Shown here: piece after piece, positions 9,621 through 17,993 of the stretch | Layout of the letters: the number at the start of each line of letters is the position of its first letter | Numbering within the stretch: the first letter of the stretch is position 1 | Position numbers and translations under genes: made by a program | The notes under the pieces: model-generated | What the model saw: only the letters and a program-made list of their open reading frames with translations | Databases searched by the model: none | What the model was told of the DNA's origin: nothing | From: a virus | Taxonomy: Duplodnaviria > Caudoviricetes | Strand: one strand, 5' to 3' | IMG/VR virus record: IMGVR_UViG_3300030376_005986 | Location: 1,929 to 65,928 of that record | DNA length: 64,000 nt

Positions 9621-11974
9621 ATCGTATCTAAGGTTTGAGGTTGGGGCGGTTGAGGTGATTGCCCCCCTCTTCTAACTAACTGTTCTATTATTTCAGCCTG
9701 CCTTAAAAGCTGGTTGGCATTTGCTTGAGACTGACCTGCTATTTGCTGCGTCATTCCTCCTACGTCTGTAATAACTTGCTGCCTTATTGCTTCACTAGCT
9801 TGCATTAATTGTTGAGCAACTTGTTCTTGTATAGCTTGAGATGCTTGTTGGAATTGAGCATTGAGTTGTTCTTGTCCAGCTTGAGCAGCTTGCTCTTGAG
9901 CTTGAGGATCAACTTCCCCTTCTTGACTAGCTTGAAGTTCTTCAATGGATTTAGCCATCTTCAACCTGAAGTCTCTAGGCACTCCAGCTAATTCAAATAT
10001 TTGATTCAACAATCCTACAGCTTGCTCAGGTCCAACAACCTCCGCAACTAAAGGATTACTCATAGCAGCACCAAACAACTGAGACATTACGTTAGCACTA
10101 GATGGATTATTTATCCTATCCATTCCGTCCCTAACAGAAGAGAATGATTCTAAAGCTATTGCAGTTTTATCAACGACTTCCACAACTGGTTTAGATGTTA
10201 TACCTTCATCTGCATCTTCAACGGTAAACCCAAGCCTTTCCAGCTTTTCTCTAGGAACTGGAGTTTGTAACTGTGCATAGAATTGAGATTCCCCGTAAGC
10301 CATCAAGCCATCATAAACTTGTTTCTTCCAAGCATAAACAGCTCGGTCGACTGCTGAACTAGTGAACTGAAGTCTGTTACTTGTGTAACTAGCAATACTT
10401 CTTACTTCTTCCGCAGTTTGTTCGTGCGATGCAGCCGCACCAACTTCTTGAGCAGATAGAACAAGAACACGCTCCAAAATATCCAAGATTGATCGAACTC
10501 CATTGATTACGTCTGCTGTGTTTTGTTGTGGAAACTTAAAAGAAGTGAACGCCTTGCTAGGGTCGTGCTGCCCTACTCTAGCTTGCCTTGATGAGTACCC
10601 AACAAAATTCAATGTACTATACATATTTTGCCCAGCATCATTAATATCTTCTACTGTTTCAGATCCTACTTGATCTTCATCAACAAATGTAAGGTTAGTT
10701 AAATTTTGTTTTATACTTAATAAGTACTGAGTTAAAAGATTACCAACATGATCTTGAAACGGAAGTATCTCTAAAGATAGAGATGGGTTTACAGTTTGTA
10801 GTTCATTACTATCATAACCATAGTAAACTGAAGGGCAGTAAGGAAGAGGCTCAGCATAAACAACAGTGTCATCTTGAGCTAAACAAAATCTAAACCAAAC
10901 ATCATGGTCGTAGTCAAAGAGTCCAGCTTCCTTGGGGTTAAGCTTTTCAAAATATTCAGTTAACAGCACAGAATAATCATCATACTCACTAGTGTAATAT
11001 TGAACATCCTTCTCACGATCTAACAACAAAGCTCCTGATTCTTTTTGTAAAAACTTTACTGTACCTGAATAACCAGAATTAACATAAAGACCAAAGTTAG
11101 CGTTAGACGTTAACCAGTCTATACTACCTGCACTTATCTTATCCTTGTTATAGTAATACTTATTTCCATTTACATCACCATATCTTTGTATTGTCCAATA
11201 ACCACTATACTTACAGCCTGAATCAGAGTTAAAACTACTCGGTCTATGTGCAACATCCCAAAAGGTTCTAGCAGGATGTGGCATGTGGTATCTTATACCT
11301 TCCCTTGTATATATTTCTTTTTCACTACCATCAGTATCTCTAACAATTTGTTTCTCACTGTGCCAAGATTCTTTAGGGAACTGAAAACAATAACCATAAT
11401 GAAGCATCTGAAAGATACTTTGTGAAAGTGTACTTGAGTAATCGTACTGCTGTGAAATAATTTGAACACGATCTGTAATTATTTCCCCTTTAATCCTATT
11501 AATTTGTGTACTCTTATGAGGCTCATACTTAAACAAAGGAACAAGATTCCTGTCATTAAAAATTCTAGCCCAACGTATAGTAACGTAAGCTTTAACAAGA
11601 GGAACAAATATATTGTAAAACCTAGGAAGGTTTAATGCTTTAGTTGTTTCACCTTTAGCAGAAACATGATCCTCTATAAGATGGGACACTCCCCACGATT
11701 CTAACGCACTTGCGACAGATGCGTCATCATCTTCCTTGTTCATTAAGCTGTGAAGAAGAGTAGGAGAAACTTGTCTAAGTGGGGCGTTCCAAGCTAAGTC
11801 TAAAGCATAGTATAGCTTATGATCTCTTAAGCTTCTAGAAATGCCTTCTTGAATTCTATTGCGAATCCTATTGATCAACTTTTCTACCTTATCTGATTTC
11901 TCTTCAGCGGTGAACGAAGACTTAAGAGCCTCTTGAGAGTACCCGTGATCTTTTAAAATATCTAAATCTATCAT
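9617..11974 (-). CDS. Portal protein (785 aa, Q-rich C-terminal helical barrel)
   Basis: Size, position before scaffold and capsid, and a P22-like Q-rich tail. Confidence 0.65.
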   Translation of the reverse strand: MIDLDILKDHGYSQEALKSSFTAEEKSDKVEKLINRIRNRIQEGISRSLRDHKLYYALDLAWNAPLRQVSPTLLHSLMNKEDDDASVASALESWGVSHLIEDHVSAKGETTKALNLPRFYNIFVPLVKAYVTIRWARIFNDRNLVPLFKYEPHKSTQINRIKGEIITDRVQIISQQYDYSSTLSQSIFQMLHYGYCFQFPKESWHSEKQIVRDTDGSEKEIYTREGIRYHMPHPARTFWDVAHRPSSFNSDSGCKYSGYWTIQRYGDVNGNKYYYNKDKISAGSIDWLTSNANFGLYVNSGYSGTVKFLQKESGALLLDREKDVQYYTSEYDDYSVLLTEYFEKLNPKEAGLFDYDHDVWFRFCLAQDDTVVYAEPLPYCPSVYYGYDSNELQTVNPSLSLEILPFQDHVGNLLTQYLLSIKQNLTNLTFVDEDQVGSETVEDINDAGQNMYSTLNFVGYSSRQARVGQHDPSKAFTSFKFPQQNTADVINGVRSILDILERVLVLSAQEVGAAASHEQTAEEVRSIASYTSNRLQFTSSAVDRAVYAWKKQVYDGLMAYGESQFYAQLQTPVPREKLERLGFTVEDADEGITSKPVVEVVDKTAIALESFSSVRDGMDRINNPSSANVMSQLFGAAMSNPLVAEVVGPEQAVGLLNQIFELAGVPRDFRLKMAKSIEELQASQEGEVDPQAQEQAAQAGQEQLNAQFQQASQAIQEQVAQQLMQASEAIRQQVITDVGGMTQQIAGQSQANANQLLRQAEIIEQLVRRGGQSPQPPQPQTLDTI

Positions 11975-12255
11975 ATCAAAACTGGCTTTCCTTTTTTCTC
12001 TGCTTCTTCAACTGCATTCTTTAACCTGTTAAATCTTTCCTTGAGAGAGCTTTGACCATACAACTTTAAAAACATCTTAACAGGAACTCCTTCTTGGATT
12101 TGACCTGTCGCACCGTTGTATTGCCCAAAGACAACTGTACCTTTTTCCAAATCAAAATCAGGCTTGAGTCGCTTGATATGAATGGAAAAAGAATATCTTC
12201 CTTGTTTGTCCTTATTGACAACAACTTTAATATTATCTTCTGGTGCTTCTCTCAT
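11971..12255 (-). CDS. Hypothetical protein (94 aa)
   Basis: ATGA-coupled on both sides. Confidence 0.5.
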   Translation of the reverse strand: MREAPEDNIKVVVNKDKQGRYSFSIHIKRLKPDFDLEKGTVVFGQYNGATGQIQEGVPVKMFLKLYGQSSLKERFNRLKNAVEEAEKKGKPVLI

Positions 12256-12455
12256 TCGTCCCTAGAAGGAACCTCGTACATGTAATCCTCTAAATCTAAA
12301 TTCTCTACCTCTATCTCAACATGATCAGGACTTGCTGAAGAAACTCTGCCTTCAACATTCTCCATCATAATAGAATCACCAGCAACGTAAGAGTTAAGTA
12401 GCTCAGATAGCTCTTCATTCCCCGGTTTTGATAAGTCTATTTGGATCGTGATCAT
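12252..12455 (-). CDS. Hypothetical acidic protein (67 aa)
   Basis: ATGA-coupled; preceded by a 16-codon ORF MPYKKLGSVLPVKRKK (12452-12502) with an AAGGAG SD. Confidence 0.5.
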   Translation of the reverse strand: MITIQIDLSKPGNEELSELLNSYVAGDSIMMENVEGRVSSASPDHVEIEVENLDLEDYMYEVPSRDE

Positions 12456-12529
12456 TTTTTTCGTTTAACAGGAAGTACAGATCCTAGTTTTTTATATGGC
12501 ATAATATTTCTATCTCCTTAAAAGGAACT

Positions 12530-14068
12530 ATGTCTAACATTTTACTAATGTCTAGTCTAGTCTTGGAATTAAAAAAATGCGACACTATTATCGCGGAGCT
12601 TATGAGCGAACAAGAAGGGGGACCTTGGATGCCACGCCTCAGTCCAAAACAATTTGAAATATTCAATTGCTATGGACGTTACGTTTTAGTTTCAGGCCCA
12701 CGTTATTCAGCTAAAACTTGGGGTGTTCTTCAAAGATTAATGCGTCATGCATGGGAAACCCCATTCGCTAGAATAGGAGTATTCACCAACACTTTAAAGA
12801 ACGCTAAGGTTGGTGTGTGGGATTTGCTTTATCAGAAGATTGTACCCGAATGGACTGAACAATTGGAAGGTTGTGAGCTTGAAACGCCAATGAAAATGGA
12901 TGGAGCCACTCGAATGGAGCATTTTAAAGTAACTAATATGCATGGAGGTGTTTCAGAATTTCAGCTTCATTCACTTAAAATAGAGGACGAAATAGCTCAA
13001 AAAGTTAAAGGAACAGTGTTTTCCTGCATATTTGTATCCGAGCTTACCAACTTTAAAGAGGATTATGTATTCCGTTTCCCAAAGGGTCAGCTTCGTATGC
13101 CGGGAGTTCCATACGACAGCCATATGTGGATAGCTGATACCAACCCTTGTGAGGATGAAGGACAAGACTTTTGGGCTTATAAGATATGGTATGAAGAAGC
13201 AAGGAGAGATGATCACCCAGTACCTCAATATCAGAAGAATCTACACTTAATTGAAACCCAAGTCGCAGATAATACTTTCTTAGATCCTAGGGAATTTGAA
13301 GATCTTAAAGCTACCTTCGCACATGACCCAGACTTGTACGCTTCTTATGTGGAAGGCAAGTGGGTTGAGACATCTAAAGATTCTTTCTTCACTGGAGTAT
13401 TCAGCTCAAGGCATGTAGGAGGAAACGCTGAAGGTAAATATGATAACTGGGATGTTCTCTTACCTCAGGAAGATACAGACATACTTTATACTGGTTGGGA
13501 TTTAGGTGATAAGAACCATGCTGCAGTTATAATGGAAAAAGTAATCACATCAACTGGACCAGCATTCAATGTATTGGATGAGCTTGTGATTATTGGTGAA
13601 GAAGTTTCAATCGAGGATTTTACTATAGCGTTTCAAGAAATGATGCGTGAATGGGAAGAAGTAAATGGTAAGCGTTATCAATGGATTCATTGGTCTGATG
13701 CTAGTGCTGTAGATAGATTCAGATCAGCTGCTGGAACTTGGGATGCAATGATTGTTTCTCAAGTAACTGGAGGTGAAATACAACTAAGTCCATGTCCTAA
13801 GTTTGCTGAATCTGTAAGGTTGAGAGTAATGCTTACTAAACAATTACTTACAGAAGGGAAATTAACAATAAGTGTTAAAGCTGACGGAATGATAGACTCA
13901 TTAAAGGGAGGCCTTAAGAAAACAAAGGGAAAGAGTAAGAGAACCTACGTCAGGAATAATAAACATAAACACGTTTGGGATGCTGCTACATACTGTATAT
14001 TGGGTGAAATGTTTCACGATATACAAATAGGAGGCGACAGCCCGTCATCCAAGCTCCTTAGAATCTAA
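12530..14068 (+). CDS. terL: Terminase large subunit (start may be 12602)
   Basis: LSPKQ motif, Walker A-like SGPRYSAKT, coupling motif ADTNP, RNase H-fold YTGWDLG, HWSD and C-terminal KHVWDAATY. Confidence 0.85.
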   Translation: MSNILLMSSLVLELKKCDTIIAELMSEQEGGPWMPRLSPKQFEIFNCYGRYVLVSGPRYSAKTWGVLQRLMRHAWETPFARIGVFTNTLKNAKVGVWDLLYQKIVPEWTEQLEGCELETPMKMDGATRMEHFKVTNMHGGVSEFQLHSLKIEDEIAQKVKGTVFSCIFVSELTNFKEDYVFRFPKGQLRMPGVPYDSHMWIADTNPCEDEGQDFWAYKIWYEEARRDDHPVPQYQKNLHLIETQVADNTFLDPREFEDLKATFAHDPDLYASYVEGKWVETSKDSFFTGVFSSRHVGGNAEGKYDNWDVLLPQEDTDILYTGWDLGDKNHAAVIMEKVITSTGPAFNVLDELVIIGEEVSIEDFTIAFQEMMREWEEVNGKRYQWIHWSDASAVDRFRSAAGTWDAMIVSQVTGGEIQLSPCPKFAESVRLRVMLTKQLLTEGKLTISVKADGMIDSLKGGLKKTKGKSKRTYVRNNKHKHVWDAATYCILGEMFHDIQIGGDSPSSKLLRI

Positions 14069-14296
14069 CCCATCAAGATCTTCTGGGTTAGCTGACTCAT
14101 CACCTAATAAGTCAGCTATAGATGTCTTTGCGTATTCAGCCATACCGATTGCTGTTAACGCCCCTCCGTAAAATCTTAAACTTATATAGTCTTCTCTTTC
14201 CATATCATTACTAGCGAGCACAACTAAACCATGACCGAAGTGTTCTGAAATAATATTAGACACTTTCCTAGCCATAGCTTTTTGTGTCTCGTTCAT
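14045..14296 (-). CDS. Hypothetical protein (83 aa)
   Basis: ORF track; convergent with and overlapping the terL 3' end. Confidence 0.5.
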   Translation of the reverse strand: MNETQKAMARKVSNIISEHFGHGLVVLASNDMEREDYISLRFYGGALTAIGMAEYAKTSIADLLGDESANPEDLDGLDSKELG

Positions 14297-14300
14297 GTAG

Positions 14301-14963
14301 TTACCTTGATTTCCTGATCCTGAAATAAGACTGTCCGTCTGATCCCTTTACAACACCCTCACTTAATAATGGTCTTTTAGTTACTGGTGGAATTGTTCTT
14401 CTTGAAGGAATAGAAGGCTTAACAGTTGCAGGAGAAGCTAACTTAAAAATAGCAGCATTACGCTCCATTCTTGGAGCTACACCAGTTTTATCTTTTTTAG
14501 ATTTCCTGTACTCATTATTATTTAAGTACTCTATAGCCGCCCCTTTAAAATCCCCAATGTTGATTAACTTTAAAGTCTTAGGGCTACCAGATAAGTCACC
14601 CCTGAAAAATCCATCAACTACAGCATTCTGCATTGATTTAGATAGATTATCAAAGTTTTTAATCTTCCTCTTTGCTAGTTTGATCTTAGATTGAGAATCA
14701 TGATCAAACAATTGCTGCATCTGCTTATTACTTAAAGGCATTCGGCCAGACCTAATTGCGTCATAATTTCCACCTGCTATCCTTTTAAGGACTGGATCAT
14801 TGGCAGTAACAAGGTGTCCAACACCTATTGTTAAATTACCCTTATGATCTTTATAAGCATACCCCGGTCTGCCTTCCTTGCCTCTACCTTCGCTCCTAAC
14901 AATATAATCATATAATGATTGAGCTTGAGTAGGTCTTGATTTTTTTAATCTTGGATCAGCCAT
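14301..14963 (-). CDS. T4-type (GH24) lysozyme: endolysin or virion muramidase
   Basis: E-x8-D-x5-T triad in EGRPGYAYKDHKGNLTIGVGHL. Confidence 0.85.
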   Translation of the reverse strand: MADPRLKKSRPTQAQSLYDYIVRSEGRGKEGRPGYAYKDHKGNLTIGVGHLVTANDPVLKRIAGGNYDAIRSGRMPLSNKQMQQLFDHDSQSKIKLAKRKIKNFDNLSKSMQNAVVDGFFRGDLSGSPKTLKLINIGDFKGAAIEYLNNNEYRKSKKDKTGVAPRMERNAAIFKLASPATVKPSIPSRRTIPPVTKRPLLSEGVVKGSDGQSYFRIRKSR

Positions 14964-14969
14964 ATCTAT

Positions 14970-15257
14970 TTACCATTTAACTTTGTGCGACCAATAACGA
15001 GCTGATAGTTTTGAAGGGTTGCTATCTTGAGCGTTATGCCTTGCGTAATAAGATTTCTTTCTAGCTTTGTCTTTTGCACTAGTAGGATTCTTCCCAGCAC
15101 CTCTAACTCCTTGCTGTCCGAATCTAATAGTTTTTATTTTGTCACCTTCTTTAGCAACAACAACATGAGATTTCTTAGGGTGACTAGGAGTTCTTTTAGG
15201 TTTATTATAACCACTAACTCCCGCTTTAATCAGTCTAGAATCTTTTTTTTTAGCCAT
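14970..15257 (-). CDS. Small basic protein (95 aa)
   Basis: K/R-rich; motifs KTIRFGQQG, KSYYARH, SARYWS recognised from marine phage small proteins. Confidence 0.65.
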   Translation of the reverse strand: MAKKKDSRLIKAGVSGYNKPKRTPSHPKKSHVVVAKEGDKIKTIRFGQQGVRGAGKNPTSAKDKARKKSYYARHNAQDSNPSKLSARYWSHKVKW

Positions 15258-15258
15258 T

Positions 15259-15426
15259 TTACTTTCCTACTTTTTTCATAGCTATCTTATGAGACTCACC
15301 AAATGTCTTACCTTCAGACATAAGTTTTTTCATAGTAGACATATGTTTTTTAGTATGATGAACAGAATGCCTTTTTAAAGTATCCTCTTGCCTTTTGGTT
15401 AGAGCTTTCTTTTTTTTAATAGCCAT
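15259..15426 (-). CDS. Basic His-rich microprotein (55 aa; not in track)
   Basis: MAIKKKKALTKRQEDTLKRHSVHHTKKHMSTMKKLMSEGKTFGESHKIAMKKVGK; fills the gap exactly. Confidence 0.65.
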   Translation of the reverse strand: MAIKKKKALTKRQEDTLKRHSVHHTKKHMSTMKKLMSEGKTFGESHKIAMKKVGK

Positions 15427-15553
15427 AACTATTTCCTTTTTTCTTAGAGGTTTTTTTCTTTTTAGCTTTGTTCGCTGCTTTCGCTGCTGCTGCTTTACCC
15501 TTTGTTGTATAAGGGAACTTCTTTTCTCCTTTTTTAGTTTTTACTGTTGGCAT
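15416..15553 (-). CDS. Basic microprotein (45 aa; not in track)
   Basis: MPTVKTKKGEKKFPYTTKGKAAAAKAANKAKKKKTSKKKGNSYGY. Confidence 0.6.
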   Translation of the reverse strand: MPTVKTKKGEKKFPYTTKGKAAAAKAANKAKKKKTSKKKGNSYGY

Positions 15554-15557
15554 TTTA

Positions 15558-16001
15558 TTAACTCCATTCGTCGGACTCTAGTAACTCCAGTATTGTACCG
15601 TAGTTCTCTATGTCTTTCGCTGTGTCTAGCATAGGCTCATTCTGTGCTTCTGACGACTCTTTGTTCTCTATCCGTTTCCATGTTAGGTTCATCATTCTTT
15701 GCAATTTATCATTTAGCCGAAATCCAACACCTAATATGTTTAAGTTTTTCTTCTCCCAAGCTGCTATATTCTTACTACCATAGTCGCTTTGCTTCTTATC
15801 AAATAAGATTAAATTTTCTACTTTAACTTCCGCTGCTTTCTTCGCCATGCTGGTCTTTAGATCCAGTGCTTGCGACATTATCCCCGCCATGAAAGCTGGG
15901 CTCGGCTTGTCCTTCATTTTCTTTAGCGTTAATATTATCGCCTCCTGAGCTTGTTCCGCTGTCAGGCTGTCCTCCGCTGATAGTGACTTGTTTTGGGTCA
16001 T
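15558..16001 (-). CDS. Nucleotide-modification-associated domain 1 (Nmad1/DUF1599) protein
   Basis: FDKKQSDYG...GVGFRLNDKLQRMMNL...EPMLDTAKDIENY matches the family pattern. Confidence 0.75.
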   Translation of the reverse strand: MTQNKSLSAEDSLTAEQAQEAIILTLKKMKDKPSPAFMAGIMSQALDLKTSMAKKAAEVKVENLILFDKKQSDYGSKNIAAWEKKNLNILGVGFRLNDKLQRMMNLTWKRIENKESSEAQNEPMLDTAKDIENYGTILELLESDEWS

Positions 16002-16476
16002 TGATTTGTATTGGTGTTAGTTGTTGTCCGGGCATGAAGCTAGCTTTCTTTTTAGTTTCTTCGGACTTCAATTGCTTATTATTCACCATATTCCCGCATA
16101 TTTTAGCGGATTCGGTGAGTTGTTTAGATACTTCAACAGCTTTACTTATTGCTTGTAGCTTTATTGCATCATCATCAGATTCATATGCTATATCAGCAGC
16201 AAGCTGCATTAATGGTTCAAGCTTCTCTGCTGATAGGAAAACATAACCAATGCTGGTCTTTACAACTCCTTCATTCTCTATGAAGTCTCCAAGCTTTTTT
16301 AACTCAGAGTATTTCTTTCTTTTAACAGCTACTAATCCAGTACTAGCTGCGGCTTGTTTAGCTTCTTTAGCTGAGAACATCCCCTTTGTAGGTGGGACAA
16401 CAGTAGTCTCACCCTCTGGCATATCCATAGGTCTTTCGTCTTCTTGCATTATTCCTGTATCACTCATTCCATCCAA
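15823..16476 (-). CDS. Hypothetical protein (217 aa), possible terminase small subunit
   Basis: Helical core with a disordered tail, near terL; TerS role is positional inference only. Confidence 0.4.
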   Translation of the reverse strand: MDGMSDTGIMQEDERPMDMPEGETTVVPPTKGMFSAKEAKQAAASTGLVAVKRKKYSELKKLGDFIENEGVVKTSIGYVFLSAEKLEPLMQLAADIAYESDDDAIKLQAISKAVEVSKQLTESAKICGNMVNNKQLKSEETKKKASFMPGQQLTPIQINDPKQVTISGGQPDSGTSSGGDNINAKENEGQAEPSFHGGDNVASTGSKDQHGEESSGS

Positions 16477-16837
16477 ATTCTAATTCGTTATCTCTTCCCC
16501 AGCATGTTGCATCTTTGTATTTAGTTTTCAGTGGCATATAGCACATACAGCCTAATTCAGGCTCTTCATGGCTACCGCAAGTCTTTCTCTTGTGGTTGAA
16601 TATCGGACACTGCCAGCACTCTCGGTATCTCGCCAGCCGTGTGGTCGAGTCCACCATTTGCGTGTAAGGCATCCCGAAGATTGACCACCACATCAATCGG
16701 CCCCCTGTTATCAGGATGTTTGGCAGACACTTGACGAGACCTAATGAACGGCACAAGGAAATGGCCCCCTGCAGTGCGACTGTTGCGAATGCCCCCGCAC
16801 GGAATAGACGCTTGCGATATGAACGAACGATAGACAT
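16460..16837 (-). CDS. Cys-rich putative Zn-binding protein overlapping the upstream gene
   Basis: C-terminus ECWQC...TCG...GCMC...ATCW. Confidence 0.55.
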   Translation of the reverse strand: MSIVRSYRKRLFRAGAFATVALQGAISLCRSLGLVKCLPNILITGGRLMWWSIFGMPYTQMVDSTTRLARYRECWQCPIFNHKRKTCGSHEEPELGCMCYMPLKTKYKDATCWGRDNELEFGWNE

Positions 16838-17309
16838 CTAGTAGTTTTGCTTTGAGTTTGTAAACAGACTTCGCCACATATCTGCAATAATCTGCAGCAC
16901 TTAGGTTTGACCGTTTATTCTTTTCAGATCTAATTGTATTATCCCACCAGTTCTTCTTTGGTGTGATTTCAAGGCCCCAATAAATATGTTCATTCTTAAA
17001 TGCTAGCAATCTTGTATTACTCATTTCCGCCCATAATCCCTTGTCTTGAGCAATGCTTACACAAGCATCATGACCTTTGCCTTTGAAGTCTTGACCTATG
17101 TTTTTGAACTCATCATAGAGACTATTCTTCCAGTTCGCCCTATATGGTATTGGATATAATTCAGCAAAGCCTAAGTCTATTGATTCCTGATCTTCAACCA
17201 GTCTTTCAAGCATTTTTTCCTGCATTACCTCCCATACTAGCTTCATTTGAGGGAGGGTTATAACCCCTGTTTCTGCTATTTTTTTCAGGAGTTTTTCATC
17301 GAAATACAT
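16572..17309 (-). CDS. HU/IHF-like DNA-binding protein with C-terminal extension; first gene of the late block
   Basis: LLKKIAETG.ITLPQMKLVWEVMQEKMLERLVEDQESIDLGFAEL resembles the HU helices and first strand. Confidence 0.45.
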   Translation of the reverse strand: MYFDEKLLKKIAETGVITLPQMKLVWEVMQEKMLERLVEDQESIDLGFAELYPIPYRANWKNSLYDEFKNIGQDFKGKGHDACVSIAQDKGLWAEMSNTRLLAFKNEHIYWGLEITPKKNWWDNTIRSEKNKRSNLSAADYCRYVAKSVYKLKAKLLDVYRSFISQASIPCGGIRNSRTAGGHFLVPFIRSRQVSAKHPDNRGPIDVVVNLRDALHANGGLDHTAGEIPRVLAVSDIQPQEKDLR

Positions 17310-17326
17310 TTTTTTTAAAAAAAACC

Positions 17327-17355
17327 TTGTGCCATTTTTGGCTAATGCCTAGCTT
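17327..17355 (+). promoter_or_regulatory. Sigma70-like promoter for the replication block
   Basis: TTGTGC-17 bp-TAGCTT with an upstream T/A tract (UP-like); predicted TSS about 17362. Confidence 0.5.
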
Positions 17356-17516
17356 TCTCAACGCAGAGGGTGGCAAGGCCAAGAGCAGGTTAGCGGTCTT
17401 CCACAATAACAACAATAAATTTATCCCCCTACGGGTCAAGGGCTCTAGCTAGTTCTGCTCATTCCTAGCGCCACCTCTGCAATTAACTTGACTCGCTGGG
17501 GGAGTTTTTTTGAACA

Positions 17517-17876
17517 ATGACAATAGCACAACTGAACCGAATAAGACTAGATGCACAAAGCTTTAGGATCTATGTATGCCTACTTTGTGAAAGCGACATG
17601 AGCGTTAATAGAATCGCATCGAAGACAGGCATCACATGGAAGACTATCAACAAGAAACTCCCAAAGCTGGAAGCAAAAGGCTTAGTAGTTAAAACAAATA
17701 ACAGATCCAAGGTTAACACCTACACAGGAATAGATCACAGTGTGGAAAATAACCCAACTGTTATGGAAAATAACCTAAGCGTAACTATGGAAAAAGACAG
17801 AGCAGTTGAGGAAAATGAACTAACTGTTATGGAAAATGACCCAGTTAATAGGGAAATATACGAAAAATACTCCTGA
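17517..17876 (+). CDS. Winged-HTH replication initiator-like protein
   Basis: MSVNRIASKTGITWKTINKKLPKLEAKGLV is HTH-like; internal DNA repeats; directly upstream of dnaB. Confidence 0.6.
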   Translation: MTIAQLNRIRLDAQSFRIYVCLLCESDMSVNRIASKTGITWKTINKKLPKLEAKGLVVKTNNRSKVNTYTGIDHSVENNPTVMENNLSVTMEKDRAVEENELTVMENDPVNREIYEKYS

Positions 17877-17985
17877 TAACCAAGGGGTATCATCTATATC
17901 ACATATATATATTATATAATACTAATATCTCTAACACAAGTAAATAATACACATTAATATCTTTATTTAATTAATATCTCTATCA
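17741..17985. repeat. Iteron-like repeats plus AT-rich tract (putative origin)
   Basis: ACTGTTATGGAAAAT(A/G)ACC at 17757 and 17823, further GGAAAA cores near 17744, 17789 and 17810, then an almost purely A/T stretch. Confidence 0.55.
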
Positions 17986-17993
17986 CAAAGGAA

